Positions 51,701-61,130 of a stretch of DNA of 64,000 nt are shown here, piece by piece (positions within the stretch are counted from its first letter, which is position 1; the number at the start of each line of letters is the position of its first letter). The position numbers and the translations under genes are program-made. The DNA lies in assembly GCA_026413945.1 (NCBI GenBank), contig JAOAJX010000001.1, positions 139,116 through 203,115 on the forward strand, in the 5' to 3' direction. The notes beneath the pieces are model-generated. The model searched no databases. It saw nothing but the letters and a program-made list of their open reading frames with translations, and was not told the origin of the DNA. This DNA is from Candidatus Iainarchaeum sp. (GTDB taxonomy: Archaea; Iainarchaeota; Iainarchaeia; Iainarchaeales; DTGL01).

Positions 51701-52767
51701 AGCTTAAAATTGCAAGGGAGCTTCTGCTTAATGATCTGTGCGATGAACTTTCGTACAAAATATCTGATGCTGAGAACGCAATTTTAGTTGCAGAGGAACT
51801 ATCAAAGATTGATATCAACAATGCCATATTTCTCCTAGAAAAAACCTTATCTAACTTGCAGATAAAAACCATTTCTCCAGAGTCTGAGATGAGACTTAAA
51901 GCAAAAGAATGCGTAGATTCTTCCAATAAAACCTATGCATTGCTTAAGTATATCGGGATTGCGGATAGCAAAAGCTACGATTTTGTAAAAAAATCTAATG
52001 AAATCTACGAAAAGATAGTTACTGAGATTGCAAAGGGTAATTCAGCTCAGGCCGCGAAAGAATTGCGAGAGCTTAGTATTTTAACAAAAGACCTTAATGA
52101 TCATGCTTTATCAATGATAGATTCCGCCTTTGATTCACTAAAGGGACAACTTAATTCAATTCTTGAGATTTCGAAGAATTATGAGGTAAAAACAAAATTT
52201 CTTTTGCTGCAATTAGAATCTGTGCCGCAGGAGCTTCTTATCGAAGCCAGGTATATGCCGGAATTCAATCAGCTCAAAATCGCTAATCTTGAAAAGATCT
52301 TATCGCAATCAAAGGATTTCATCTTTCAAGAATTGAAAGCATTAGTTGAAGCCGAGCAGAAAATTGACGCACTTAAACTTGCTAATTCCAAAAAAATATA
52401 CCAAAAAATAGCGACAATTCAACAAGCCTACTCTGAATTGATCGCTATAGAAGAAAACCTCAAAGAAAGCGCAGAAAAATACCTACAAGAATTGAGGAAT
52501 AAGGCCAGTAATGATAGTGCCAAAAATATTCTTTACGCTGCAGAATCAAACTTTAAGGATGGCAATTATCTTCAAGCCGTAGTATACTCCAAATTAGCTC
52601 TTGCAACATTGAGCAAAGAACAGACTCAACCATTAACATATCTTTCAATTTTTTTTGTATTTGCAATAGCGTCTTTTTACATTGTAAAAAACCTAAAAAA
52701 GAAAAAGGATAAGTGTAGACCAAAGCGGGTTTTGCGGAGCATATCTCTCGAAAACAAAGAATTTTAG
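48721..52767 (+). CDS. Large envelope protein (1348 aa): lipobox-like signal, coiled coils, central beta region, C-terminal TM
   Basis: LFLSAC after hydrophobic stretch; C-terminal TM followed by KKKK. Confidence 0.8.
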   Translation: MLRESKIHLFFIMLFLAGTLFLSACIDYENEALLEEYKQRCLNLTAYDAGYVPQCLSLEECFSMIEKELFDFSDSSLTLESRQILYYYKTHLSKSWYYYNESMHYLKKIRDACSEKNFELALDSANDFRYYIEKSFEESDLALEASFGFILYEKRKLEEQDINMIKEEPIYAFYIRLNDNERQILSKENLGFNNYASDARRLAEETANKRAFAGAKPEVIKKKTFRELFISTLGLPFEYYIYENQEKSAYLPIFAGLPNKYAEFVSNIETTERMLSFLSNERPDEFLKLLSKLVGKKSSLAGDFVKLAKEDSLKKASLLENLSMLEKSIEEKISSAKSKANFFTSNSFHYADENFLMNMQKLLNEPLTVSFDNQIFSSPADAALNSTAKINAIERGLIDNRSAWLSGRITIGLRTSNLKLLNTDIDNIIYSLDSMEKSINILVARCDYELSLQAETTELASLKEKYLLANKDEKLMYCSSFIELRARLKENAEKRKGNEKALYQSDCDEKLSVLIQFTKNDYLKSRYKIMLDSNNVLSDCNLLLIDVEEDIRTNYRIDDLEKKFEEASAYNEFLEKFLFERNKLFYEIKDYFGPKGLILEKSMPIIDSVKADLERLISGLLEKTKIFLQEQISKNCRIKALPLREVLLKSFEPTTTESSFFFYFENTLIHFEKPLNVSIKFDGQNCELLYKTPNIYNVNFSGISGKSIVIDFHNLPLGITSFEYQCTKEFGLKMVSRNIALNPDFGLISEKYIFFGDVNLPRARVSIVQISGATAKAIFREKEHAFFSQGYELQTVLFDLEPNDLLTINYSIDKPIESTLSLISESRIDANTIILTYLCTAKNKTAFDGTETFFYCPIPKGYAGIDLMDEKGKGVSFSKEPQAIKIILDKIPAYSERRFYIKLTIIDLTHFKNELTNEAKKILSEITDSKLKQEAQDLLDSLQDANRLSIEKLSEIYKSAFELKSKEEILKQKYQRYLFYKSAVETALSKIKEELKIARELLLNDLCDELSYKISDAENAILVAEELSKIDINNAIFLLEKTLSNLQIKTISPESEMRLKAKECVDSSNKTYALLKYIGIADSKSYDFVKKSNEIYEKIVTEIAKGNSAQAAKELRELSILTKDLNDHALSMIDSAFDSLKGQLNSILEISKNYEVKTKFLLLQLESVPQELLIEARYMPEFNQLKIANLEKILSQSKDFIFQELKALVEAEQKIDALKLANSKKIYQKIATIQQAYSELIAIEENLKESAEKYLQELRNKASNDSAKNILYAAESNFKDGNYLQAVVYSKLALATLSKEQTQPLTYLSIFFVFAIASFYIVKNLKKKKDKCRPKRVLRSISLENKEF

Positions 52768-52797
52768 CTCATTTATTTTTTTTATTTTGTTTTTAAG

Positions 52798-53997
52798 TTA
52801 TTCTGGCAGAGAGTTTAAATATAAGTAAACTCCAATTGCAACTGCAACTAAAATAAGGCCCACTATGGCAATGAGAACAATGTTGATTTCCTTTTTTGAA
52901 ATATCCAGAACATTGCAACTTAAAATCATATTATAGTCTTCTATCTTCACAGAGCAACCTATTTCATTGCTTGAAATATATTTTAGCTGAAAGTCCACAG
53001 CCTTTGTATTTCTTGGTTCTATGCTAAATATCTGCTTTTCAGGCTCATAAATAAGGCCAGTTCCAGACAAAGAGACTTCAACGCCATTTAATTCAACACC
53101 TGACCTATTTGATATTATGACCTGCGCGATTTTTTTATTACCTTCCTCTCTATAAAGAATTTTTGCATCAACATCTGGCTTTTCTTTTGGCACTATGGTA
53201 ACTGGGTTTGAAAAAACTATTGTTTCCCTCCCGAAGCAGTCGTAATAATATGTTGCTGCTGGTGGAAGGTTGAAGAAATCTTCTGACTTGGCTCTCACAG
53301 TGTAATAGAATTCCTTTATTTCGCCAGGTTTGAATTTTTCTATGAATGTAAGCTCACTAAGCTCCTTTCTGATGTTTTTGTCTGGGACTATCGGTCTGAC
53401 CGCATAAATCAATGCTCTAGCCTCATAATTCCCTGAATTTTTTAAAATTATTTTTACATTGAGATCTTCACCTATAACTGCCTCGTAACGCTCAACGCAA
53501 AGATCTCCAGAAACAACACACTTCTTAAATTCATCCTGCCTAAAAATACCCATTAGGTAAGAGCCAATTTTTGAATTGTTACTTAAAACTATTTTTGTAA
53601 TGCTTTGGCTTGGATTGAGGCAGAATTTAAGCTTTGAGTCAGCAGAAAGAATATTGTTACTCAAAGGCAAATAATATACACAAGGGCTAACACTGCAATC
53701 AAAATCTTTTGCATTAACGCTTCCTAAAAACTTATCGTTTATGTAGCAATCTATTGTTGCGGTTCCTTTGTTGCTTGGGAGAAAATTTGCAGCAATTGTT
53801 AAGAACAAATAGCCATTTTCATCAGGTATGTTTATAGCATATTCTTTGCATTTCTCTTCTGAATTAGTAACTACCTCAAAACCACTGTAACCAAAACCAC
53901 CTAAGCTTTGCTCAAATATTTTTTCAGCAAAACAAGCAGACAAGAAAAGCAGAAACGCCAAGAAGAATAATTCTGATTTAAGCTTCATAAATACCAC
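52798..53997 (-). CDS. Secreted, C-terminally anchored Ig-like domain protein
   Basis: Signal peptide; GEDLNVKIILKNSG, LPPAATYY, SNPV; C-terminal TM. Confidence 0.75.
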   Translation of the reverse strand: MVFMKLKSELFFLAFLLFLSACFAEKIFEQSLGGFGYSGFEVVTNSEEKCKEYAINIPDENGYLFLTIAANFLPSNKGTATIDCYINDKFLGSVNAKDFDCSVSPCVYYLPLSNNILSADSKLKFCLNPSQSITKIVLSNNSKIGSYLMGIFRQDEFKKCVVSGDLCVERYEAVIGEDLNVKIILKNSGNYEARALIYAVRPIVPDKNIRKELSELTFIEKFKPGEIKEFYYTVRAKSEDFFNLPPAATYYYDCFGRETIVFSNPVTIVPKEKPDVDAKILYREEGNKKIAQVIISNRSGVELNGVEVSLSGTGLIYEPEKQIFSIEPRNTKAVDFQLKYISSNEIGCSVKIEDYNMILSCNVLDISKKEINIVLIAIVGLILVAVAIGVYLYLNSLPE

Positions 53998-54475
53998 GCC
54001 TCTTTAACTCCTTCAGAACCTCATCTAACGTATTTTTTATATTAGATTCATTTTTTATCTCTATAATTCTCTCTTTTTGGTATTTTCTCATTAGTTGCTT
54101 CTTGCAATAATCTATTCCTTCACAAAAAACATTATCAGCAATCTTTGTCATAGAATATTTTTTCCTTTCCAACCGCTCATTTAAAATCTCAGGATCAACC
54201 CTTAGGAGAATTATAGCATCTACGGGAAGTTTAATTTCACAAAGAAGATGCCCTTCTAAAATTACGTCATTCACCCCCTTGATTTCTTTGATAAGAGCGT
54301 TCTTAAGTTTTGTAAGCGGCACCACAAGCTCATTTTCCTTTGCATCCCAACGCCCTAGCTTATTAGCTAAAGAAAACTCAAGCTCATTTATGCATCTGTG
54401 TTTTGTTACTCTTGAAAGCTTCTCTGCCAAAGTAGTTTTGCCTGTGCCTGGAGACCCAGTAATTAAAAGACGCAT
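53978..54475 (-). CDS. Adenylate kinase, AK6/Fap7 type
   Basis: ITGSPGTGKTT, LEGH, RL..KKY...KIADNV. Confidence 0.85.
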   Translation of the reverse strand: MRLLITGSPGTGKTTLAEKLSRVTKHRCINELEFSLANKLGRWDAKENELVVPLTKLKNALIKEIKGVNDVILEGHLLCEIKLPVDAIILLRVDPEILNERLERKKYSMTKIADNVFCEGIDYCKKQLMRKYQKERIIEIKNESNIKNTLDEVLKELKRRGIYEA

Positions 54476-54541
54476 AATTAAGAACTTACCTGAACCAATT
54501 AAAAAAATGTACTTTTTACGATTGAGTCAATATCAATTAAA

Positions 54542-54700
54542 TCAACTACACTTGTTAAGGGAGGGTTTGGGTTGGTGAGGTGCATTAAGAATTAGTTTGG
54601 CCTTATTTTTAGCTAACTGATTATCAGGAATCACTATGCTGCTTCCAATATTATTGTAAAGCTTCTTGGCACGCCCGCACTTCACATTTTCACAGGCCAT
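54542..54700 (-). CDS. Possible small protein (52 aa)
   Basis: G7-A SD-like run before ATG; MACENVKCGRAKKLYNNIGSSIVIPDNQLAKNKAKLILNAPHQPKPSLNKCS. Confidence 0.4.
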   Translation of the reverse strand: MACENVKCGRAKKLYNNIGSSIVIPDNQLAKNKAKLILNAPHQPKPSLNKCS

Positions 54701-54996
54701 TTTAAGTCCCCCCCAAACCCTATACTAAAAACAGCAAACTTATATAAAAACTTTTCGCTAAATAAGTAAAAAAATTGGTTTTTTTTATGTATAGTGTTTC
54801 AAAAAAACTTTTTTTAAAAAAATAAGCTTCTAAAGGTCTTATTTACTTATGTATAAGTGCCTATTCTAAAAAAATTTTCAAAAAAAATTAATTCTATTTA
54901 GTTTTTTAGTTAAAACATATTATGTATAAATAAAAGTTCTTTGAAAATAGTATTTCCAAAAGAAAAAAAGTTTTTCTTAAAATTCCAAATAAGTGA

Positions 54997-56886
54997 TCAT
55001 GAAAGGCGCTTCGCATCCAAGTTTTGCAACGCAGTCGCCCTTATACCTAACCTGGTTGAGATAAAGTTAGCGAAGTTTACTGCCTTCTGCTTTTCCCCAT
55101 GGTTTACTATTATTTGCTTAGCCGGTGGCTTTAAACTTTTTATGTATGCTATTAATTGATTTCTGTCACAATGCCCTGAAAAGCCCTCTATTGTTTCAAC
55201 CCTCATATTTATTTTCAATGCTTTTGTCTTGTCATTTTTGCCAGAGACTGGTATGATGTTAGTGCCATTTTGTATCTTCCGCCCAAGAGTGCCCTCTGCT
55301 TGGTAGCCAACAAATATTAAAGTGTTTTTTTGTTCCTCCGCCAATGCTTTCAGATACTCAAAAGATGGGCCGCCAGTTAGCATTCCACTGCTTGCAATTA
55401 TGACTGAGCCCCCATTATTTATTATGTCATTGCGCTCATTGTCCTTTACAGTTTCAAATATTTCTGATGTGAATGGCGAGTCATTTTGCAAAATACGCCT
55501 ACGCAAACTTTCGCGCATATACTCAGGGTATGCCGTAAATATGGCGTTTGCCTCTGCAGTCATTCCATCTATATAGCACTTTCCTTTAAATTCCCCCCTC
55601 TTATAGTAATTTTCAATTACAAGCATGATCTCTTGCCCACGCCCAACAGCGAATACAGGTATAAGAACATTTCCACCTTTTTCAATTGTTTCATTTATTA
55701 TTTTTATTAGTGTGCTTTCAGATACTTCTCTGCTTGGTTGTATATCAAGCTTGTCACCATAAGTACTCTCAATTATGATGGTTTCAAGTCTTGGATATTT
55801 CGTGTCCATAACATCAAACAACCTAGTAAAACCATATTTTATGTCACCAGTGTAAAGCAAGTTATGCTCCCCCATACCAACATGCAAATGGACAGATGCA
55901 GAACCAAGTATATGTGCCGCGTTATGTAGCGTCAACCTTATTTCTGGTGCAATATCTGTAACTTCATTGTATTCACGCACAATGCAGTGCTTTAACATTG
56001 TTTTTACATCTTGTTCAATGTATACCGGATCTGAACCTTCCTTAACAACAACATCTATGTAATCAAAATGCAATAATGTCATTAAGTCTCTTGTCGGTTC
56101 CGTGCAATAGACTGGCCCATCATATCCGTTTCTATATAGATAAGGCACAAAACCTGCATGATCCATGTGAGCGTGCGTAACCACAACAGCATCTATCTCA
56201 TCAAGAGGGAAATTTAAAGCATCCAAATACGGAAATTGCTCTTTATTTGAACCGACGTTTATGCCGCAATCAAGGATTATTTTCGTTTCGTTCTTTTCAA
56301 ATAGAATACAGCTTCTCCCAACTTCCCTGAAACCGCCAAGGCAAACTATTCTGCTCCATGTATTGTTGCTTCTCGGTTCACTGTATATTTTTTCAGCAAT
56401 TTTCGACAGTATTGCCTTTCTTTCCTTCTGATACCGATACAAATGATGTCTTATGCCTTTAAGAGTTTCTGATTTCGATGTTGGTGCCCTATATATGTGA
56501 GGTGTCCAACCAGTCTTCATTATTATTTCTTTTGAAGTTGCTCCCCCCTTACCTATAACAAGACCTGGCTTTATCGCTTCTATTAGCACTTCTCCAAAGT
56601 AGTCGCTGAATTTTATATCTTTTACATCCGCTTCTTTGGGTATTATGTTTAATATGATCTCCCTTGCTTCTAAGGGGTCTTTGAGCATCGTTTTGTCAAC
56701 CCTTATATTTACTCTTTTTTTAAGCTCAGAAGCAATTTTAGCGACAAGGGCCTCATTCTCAAAAAAGGCCTCTGGTTTCTTCGTGTATATTGTTATTTCA
56801 GGCCCTTCAAGCTCAATTTTCGATAGCCCTGCTTCTGCAGGTAAAATTTTTTTTATACTATCCTTTAATTCGTCTATCTTTCCCAT
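54997..56886 (-). CDS. fttA: aCPSF1/FttA beta-CASP ribonuclease with KH domains
   Basis: EGP, KPGLVIGK, GGFREVGRSC, HAHMDH, ESTYG, FSGH.D, HGE. Confidence 0.96.
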   Translation of the reverse strand: MGKIDELKDSIKKILPAEAGLSKIELEGPEITIYTKKPEAFFENEALVAKIASELKKRVNIRVDKTMLKDPLEAREIILNIIPKEADVKDIKFSDYFGEVLIEAIKPGLVIGKGGATSKEIIMKTGWTPHIYRAPTSKSETLKGIRHHLYRYQKERKAILSKIAEKIYSEPRSNNTWSRIVCLGGFREVGRSCILFEKNETKIILDCGINVGSNKEQFPYLDALNFPLDEIDAVVVTHAHMDHAGFVPYLYRNGYDGPVYCTEPTRDLMTLLHFDYIDVVVKEGSDPVYIEQDVKTMLKHCIVREYNEVTDIAPEIRLTLHNAAHILGSASVHLHVGMGEHNLLYTGDIKYGFTRLFDVMDTKYPRLETIIIESTYGDKLDIQPSREVSESTLIKIINETIEKGGNVLIPVFAVGRGQEIMLVIENYYKRGEFKGKCYIDGMTAEANAIFTAYPEYMRESLRRRILQNDSPFTSEIFETVKDNERNDIINNGGSVIIASSGMLTGGPSFEYLKALAEEQKNTLIFVGYQAEGTLGRKIQNGTNIIPVSGKNDKTKALKINMRVETIEGFSGHCDRNQLIAYIKSLKPPAKQIIVNHGEKQKAVNFANFISTRLGIRATALQNLDAKRLS

Positions 56887-56953
56887 ATATTTCACAATTA
56901 AATTAAGCACATAAAAGGATGGAAAGCTGATGAATTAAAAAACATTAAAAAAA

Positions 56954-57610
56954 TTATCTGCTGTTTTCCTGTTTCTTTTTTAAGTACTTCTCTACTTCTT
57001 TCTCAGGCAATTCTTCTATCCCCTTGCTTGTTATAACCATTACAGCTATTGACCTTCCGCCAGTGTATATGTCTCTTTTTCTAGATGCGTCAATAGCGTG
57101 CACAGCTACTTCTATTGCCTGTTCCTTTGTCATTCCAGCCTTATACTCACTATCAAGTATTGCCATAGCCAAGGGTGTTCCAGAGCCGCTGGTTGCAAAC
57201 TTATCCCTGTTTATCATATCCCCATAAGGAGTTACTTCAAAAATAGTTGGCTTTGGCTCTATGCCGCCAATTATGAATTGCGCTATATATGGAAAATACC
57301 TGTTTGCATTAAGTATGTTTGAAAGCAGCGTTGCAACAGCTTTTGCAGTGATTGGTTTGCCATTTTCTGTCTCATATACTTTTGCTTTTGCACGAAGGAA
57401 CCTTATTATTACAAGAGAATCACCAACACTGCCAGCGTTTGTAACAGCAATCTTGTCTGTTATGCGATATATCTTTTGGGCTTCAAGCTCATAACCAATG
57501 TTGCCAAGTGTTGCTTTCATATCGGCTGCAAGAACAACAGCATCTTTTGCTATTATGCCTACTGTTGTTGTCCCGGTTTTAATATCCGATTGCTCTGCCA
57601 AATACATCAC
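56954..57610 (-). CDS. psmB: Proteasome subunit beta
   Basis: KTG|TTTVG, AGSVGD, TSGSG, RD.YTG. Confidence 0.95.
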   Translation of the reverse strand: MMYLAEQSDIKTGTTTVGIIAKDAVVLAADMKATLGNIGYELEAQKIYRITDKIAVTNAGSVGDSLVIIRFLRAKAKVYETENGKPITAKAVATLLSNILNANRYFPYIAQFIIGGIEPKPTIFEVTPYGDMINRDKFATSGSGTPLAMAILDSEYKAGMTKEQAIEVAVHAIDASRKRDIYTGGRSIAVMVITSKGIEELPEKEVEKYLKKKQENSR

Positions 57611-57695
57611 CGAAAGAAAAAGATTGGGTAGTAATAGAACTTAATTCTACACAATATTTAAAAAGATATTCTTAGCATTCAGAGTCTTCTTTACA

Positions 57696-58376
57696 TTATG
57701 TTTTGCTTTCCGCAACTCTTCTAAATTTTTCTATGATGTTTATCTCATCAACACTTAGACAATTTAATGCAGCCTTAACGAAATCATTCTTTCTCATAGC
57801 AATGTTTTTGGCCTTATCAAAGTTTAGTATCAAATCCAACTTTTTTCCAGAAATTTTTACCTCAACATCTTTTTCTTTTCCAAAATACCTTTCAACAAGC
57901 GCTTCTGCCTTCTTTTCATCACTTTCAACCTTTTCCAAAACCTCTGCTTCAAAAAAAATCTCTTTGCCAGCAAGCTGATGGTTAAAATCAACTCTTACTC
58001 TGCCACCACTTACACTTTGCACTTTACCTTGCATTCCATTTACGTCAACCACTAACCCAGGAAATGGCAACACTTTTCTCCTTTTAAATTCGCTAAGAGG
58101 CACAACCCTTACAAGCTCTGGATTCCTTTCGCCAAAGGCATCCCTGGGCTCTAAAGCAATAGTTCTTTTTTCTCCAATGGACATTCCTTCTATTTCACCA
58201 TCAACCTTTTCAAAGAAATTTGGCATTCCAACAATAAATATGGCTGGCTCATACTTTCTCTCCTTTTGAAATATGCCTTCTTTGATAGCCACACTTTCTA
58301 AAGTAGTGTCAAAAACTTCACTGGAATCTCTTATTGTGTAGTTTAACCTCAATATATCTCCTTTTTTGGAAGCCAT
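57696..58376 (-). CDS. FKBP-type peptidyl-prolyl isomerase (long archaeal SlyD-like)
   Basis: VFDTT, AFGERNP, GRVRVDFNHQLAGK. Confidence 0.92.
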   Translation of the reverse strand: MASKKGDILRLNYTIRDSSEVFDTTLESVAIKEGIFQKERKYEPAIFIVGMPNFFEKVDGEIEGMSIGEKRTIALEPRDAFGERNPELVRVVPLSEFKRRKVLPFPGLVVDVNGMQGKVQSVSGGRVRVDFNHQLAGKEIFFEAEVLEKVESDEKKAEALVERYFGKEKDVEVKISGKKLDLILNFDKAKNIAMRKNDFVKAALNCLSVDEINIIEKFRRVAESKT

Positions 58377-58505
58377 AACATCACCATCTAACCAACCAAA
58401 ACAAAAAGTAATAAGCTAACAATAAAATCTCTATGTTAGCATTGCTTTTTATATCTTTTTAAGAAGGTTTTATTTGCCTTTTTATCATAAAAAATCATAC
58501 ATGGT

Positions 58506-59906
58506 GTGGTTTTGATGGATGCAGAAAAACGCAAAACAATGCTTAGTATTATCTTAGGCTTAATTATTGTATTTTCAGTACTTAGCATGGTTTTTCGTAA
58601 CGGTCCTAAACAAGAAAATGATCAAAACAATCAAACACCAACGCCAGTGCCAAAAGCAAAAGGCTTCCATGCTGAAGATATAAATGGTTTAGTTACTGAG
58701 CTGACATCAACTTATGTAGTCTTCGGATACACCGATAACTATAACATGCAAGAACTTGTGAGACAGATAAGGTCTGCTGGCTTTGATAATGTAAGCAACC
58801 CAAACTACAGAACTGATTTAGGAAAGGAGAAAGCAGCATTCGTGTTTCATACTGCTTTGAAGAAAGATGCAAATCTCGAGGTACTTATTGAAAAGCTTAA
58901 AAGCGACAAAATTCTCAGCGATATAAGCTACTATAGGCAAGCAATTGTTAAGATTCCTGCTAAAATAACACTCAAGGAAATTGATTCAAACAATTCAAAA
59001 GACATCAATTTAGAAGAGCCATTCATACCGGCAATAGTGAGTAATGAGACAATGAGTGGTGATTCAATTAAGGTAAATTTTTATGCTCAAGTTCAGGGCA
59101 GCGCAATTGTGAAAGGAACAATACAAGCATTTGAACAACTTAACATATCTTCTCAACCATATATTTTTGTTGCTGACACAAATGCAATTATTGAAAAGAT
59201 TGAGGCCTCATTTTTAGCAGTGCATACCTTAAGCTATATGGCTCTGAACTCAAAAGAAATTGAGAATGAAATTAAGGCAATAAGTGATGTAAATGATGCT
59301 CTCTTGCAAACATCAGTTGTAGACCCGCTTAAGTTTAAGATAGATCTTTCAAGCATGGAGAGCAAGGATATAGATAAAACCTTAAGTGATATTAACTCTG
59401 ATTCTAATAGCCTTATTTCAGAGCACATTAAGAAGGCCTCAATGTCCTATGACCAGAATAAAAAAATTTTAACATTAAGCATAGAATTTAAGGATTCAGA
59501 AGAAAGTTACAAGGAAGCAAAGAGCAAATTTTCTGAGCTCTTGAAATCAAAGTCTTTGAATTATGCTTTAGAAGATGCAAATCTTTCAATCGAACTTCAA
59601 GTAATACTGAAAGATTATTTAGCCTCAGATAAAAGAGTTAATATAAAAGATAAGATTAAGGAAATCTTTTTGAAAAGAGGCATAGATATTCCTGATGCTA
59701 AATTTACTGAAGAAGGAATTCTTCTTATGAGCTCAATTAAAAAGCCAGGCACTGATGAAAATATTGCTATAAACGAGCCAGTACGCGTTATGCTTGCATT
59801 TGGGCGGAATGTTGGCGATTATGTAGATGTTAAGCTAACAGTATATGCCCAAAGAGGTAAAGCTCTTGGCGTTTTTGCAACAGAGAAAAGCATTTCAATG
59901 AATTAG
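58506..59906 (+). CDS. Hypothetical membrane-anchored extracellular protein
   Basis: Single N-terminal TM, Q/N/P/T linker, 466 aa. Confidence 0.75.
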   Translation: MVLMDAEKRKTMLSIILGLIIVFSVLSMVFRNGPKQENDQNNQTPTPVPKAKGFHAEDINGLVTELTSTYVVFGYTDNYNMQELVRQIRSAGFDNVSNPNYRTDLGKEKAAFVFHTALKKDANLEVLIEKLKSDKILSDISYYRQAIVKIPAKITLKEIDSNNSKDINLEEPFIPAIVSNETMSGDSIKVNFYAQVQGSAIVKGTIQAFEQLNISSQPYIFVADTNAIIEKIEASFLAVHTLSYMALNSKEIENEIKAISDVNDALLQTSVVDPLKFKIDLSSMESKDIDKTLSDINSDSNSLISEHIKKASMSYDQNKKILTLSIEFKDSEESYKEAKSKFSELLKSKSLNYALEDANLSIELQVILKDYLASDKRVNIKDKIKEIFLKRGIDIPDAKFTEEGILLMSSIKKPGTDENIAINEPVRVMLAFGRNVGDYVDVKLTVYAQRGKALGVFATEKSISMN

Positions 59907-59917
59907 ATTTTTTTAAA

Positions 59918-60268
59918 CTACTTTTCCGTAAGCTTTTTTATTGCCAATGCAAGGTCATTGTTGGCTTCTTTCAATGCTCTTATTGCCTCATCTCTGCTTT
60001 TGCCTGTCTTTTGCTGCACAAGGCTTATGTCTTCTTCAGCAATTTCTGTGCTCATCCCTGTCTCTTCTTCAACTCGCTCTTTGCCTAAAACAGTGTATGT
60101 TTTTTGCCCTTGTATTTGCATTGAAGTAATCTTTGGATTTTCAATCACTATTTTTTTCCCATCCATTTCTATAATTACCCTCTTAGCGTTTAACTCTTGC
60201 ATTGAGATGTCTTTCATCAAGCGCCTCATTTGAGAAGGACTCATACCAAGCATGCTAAAATTAAGCAT
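59918..60268 (-). CDS. nac: Nascent polypeptide-associated complex protein
   Basis: P.QMRRLMK, VIIE...IENP, UBA-like EDISLV..AI.AL...DLALAI. Confidence 0.92.
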   Translation of the reverse strand: MLNFSMLGMSPSQMRRLMKDISMQELNAKRVIIEMDGKKIVIENPKITSMQIQGQKTYTVLGKERVEEETGMSTEIAEEDISLVQQKTGKSRDEAIRALKEANNDLALAIKKLTEK

Positions 60269-60326
60269 TGAATGTTTTATATAGCTTACTCCAATAATTT
60301 AAATTTGTATCTAAACCACACCCCCT

Positions 60327-61052
60327 TTATCGCCAATAACATGGGGCTGGCGTTTTGTTAGGATCCAAATTGCATTCTTTGGTTTTGCTATCCCAGACAC
60401 AGTCTCCAACCCCGTCTGCATCAAGGTCGGCTATAATACATAGCCTTTCAGAAGTTTTGGCCTCACACATTTCCTTGTAAATCGAAGACTGGTCGCAACC
60501 CCCGCGCGGAGGGGTAGTTGATTGGGCCATCATTATAATAAAAAAATAAAAAAACAATAGTGGGCCAAAAACGAAAACGCTGGCCACTGTTCCTATTGCT
60601 AGAGAAGTACCTTTCTTTTCCTTGACTGCGAGATAAAGGCCATATATGCTAAAAATTAAATAAGTAAAAAATATTATAATAGGAATTAAAAGAAACTTTA
60701 AGGGCATTTTCCCAGCGTGCAACTCTAAGCCCCTTAATATTATAATTGCAATGTTTGCCGGAATCAAAGTAAGCAATATGAGTGTTTTTTTAATAAGAGG
60801 CCTTGGTTTCTTTAAGAGCAATTTGAGAGCACCCAACGAAATGATGCTAATAACAAGGAGAGTTTCATTTAGTGTTAACCACTCCCCTGAGATAAGCGGT
60901 TTAACAAAAATACCTAATATTAACAAATTAAGAAAAAAACAAAATTGTAAAAAAACATATAACATAATTATTAGTGCGGCGCCTATGTACTGATTGATAT
61001 CCAAAAATTTGATTTCGCTATAATCGCTAGAATTAGAAGAAGCAGCCTCCAT
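60327..61052 (-). CDS. Multi-pass membrane protein with Cys-rich C-terminal tail
   Basis: About five TM helices; tail with six Cys and DLDADG. Confidence 0.65.
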   Translation of the reverse strand: MEAASSNSSDYSEIKFLDINQYIGAALIIMLYVFLQFCFFLNLLILGIFVKPLISGEWLTLNETLLVISIISLGALKLLLKKPRPLIKKTLILLTLIPANIAIIILRGLELHAGKMPLKFLLIPIIIFFTYLIFSIYGLYLAVKEKKGTSLAIGTVASVFVFGPLLFFYFFIIMMAQSTTPPRGGCDQSSIYKEMCEAKTSERLCIIADLDADGVGDCVWDSKTKECNLDPNKTPAPCYWR

Positions 61053-61130
61053 TCGAAGACCCCCTAATTACAGTGTTTAATAGAAGATTTTAAAAAACAT
61101 TTATTAAGCCCTTTGAATATTATTTCAAGG

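Noticed and set aside
54620-54650. GGAAGCAGC (minus strand) as an SRP RNA motif
   Set aside because: The upstream CAGG/GNRA helix-8 context is missing and the region is too AT-rich
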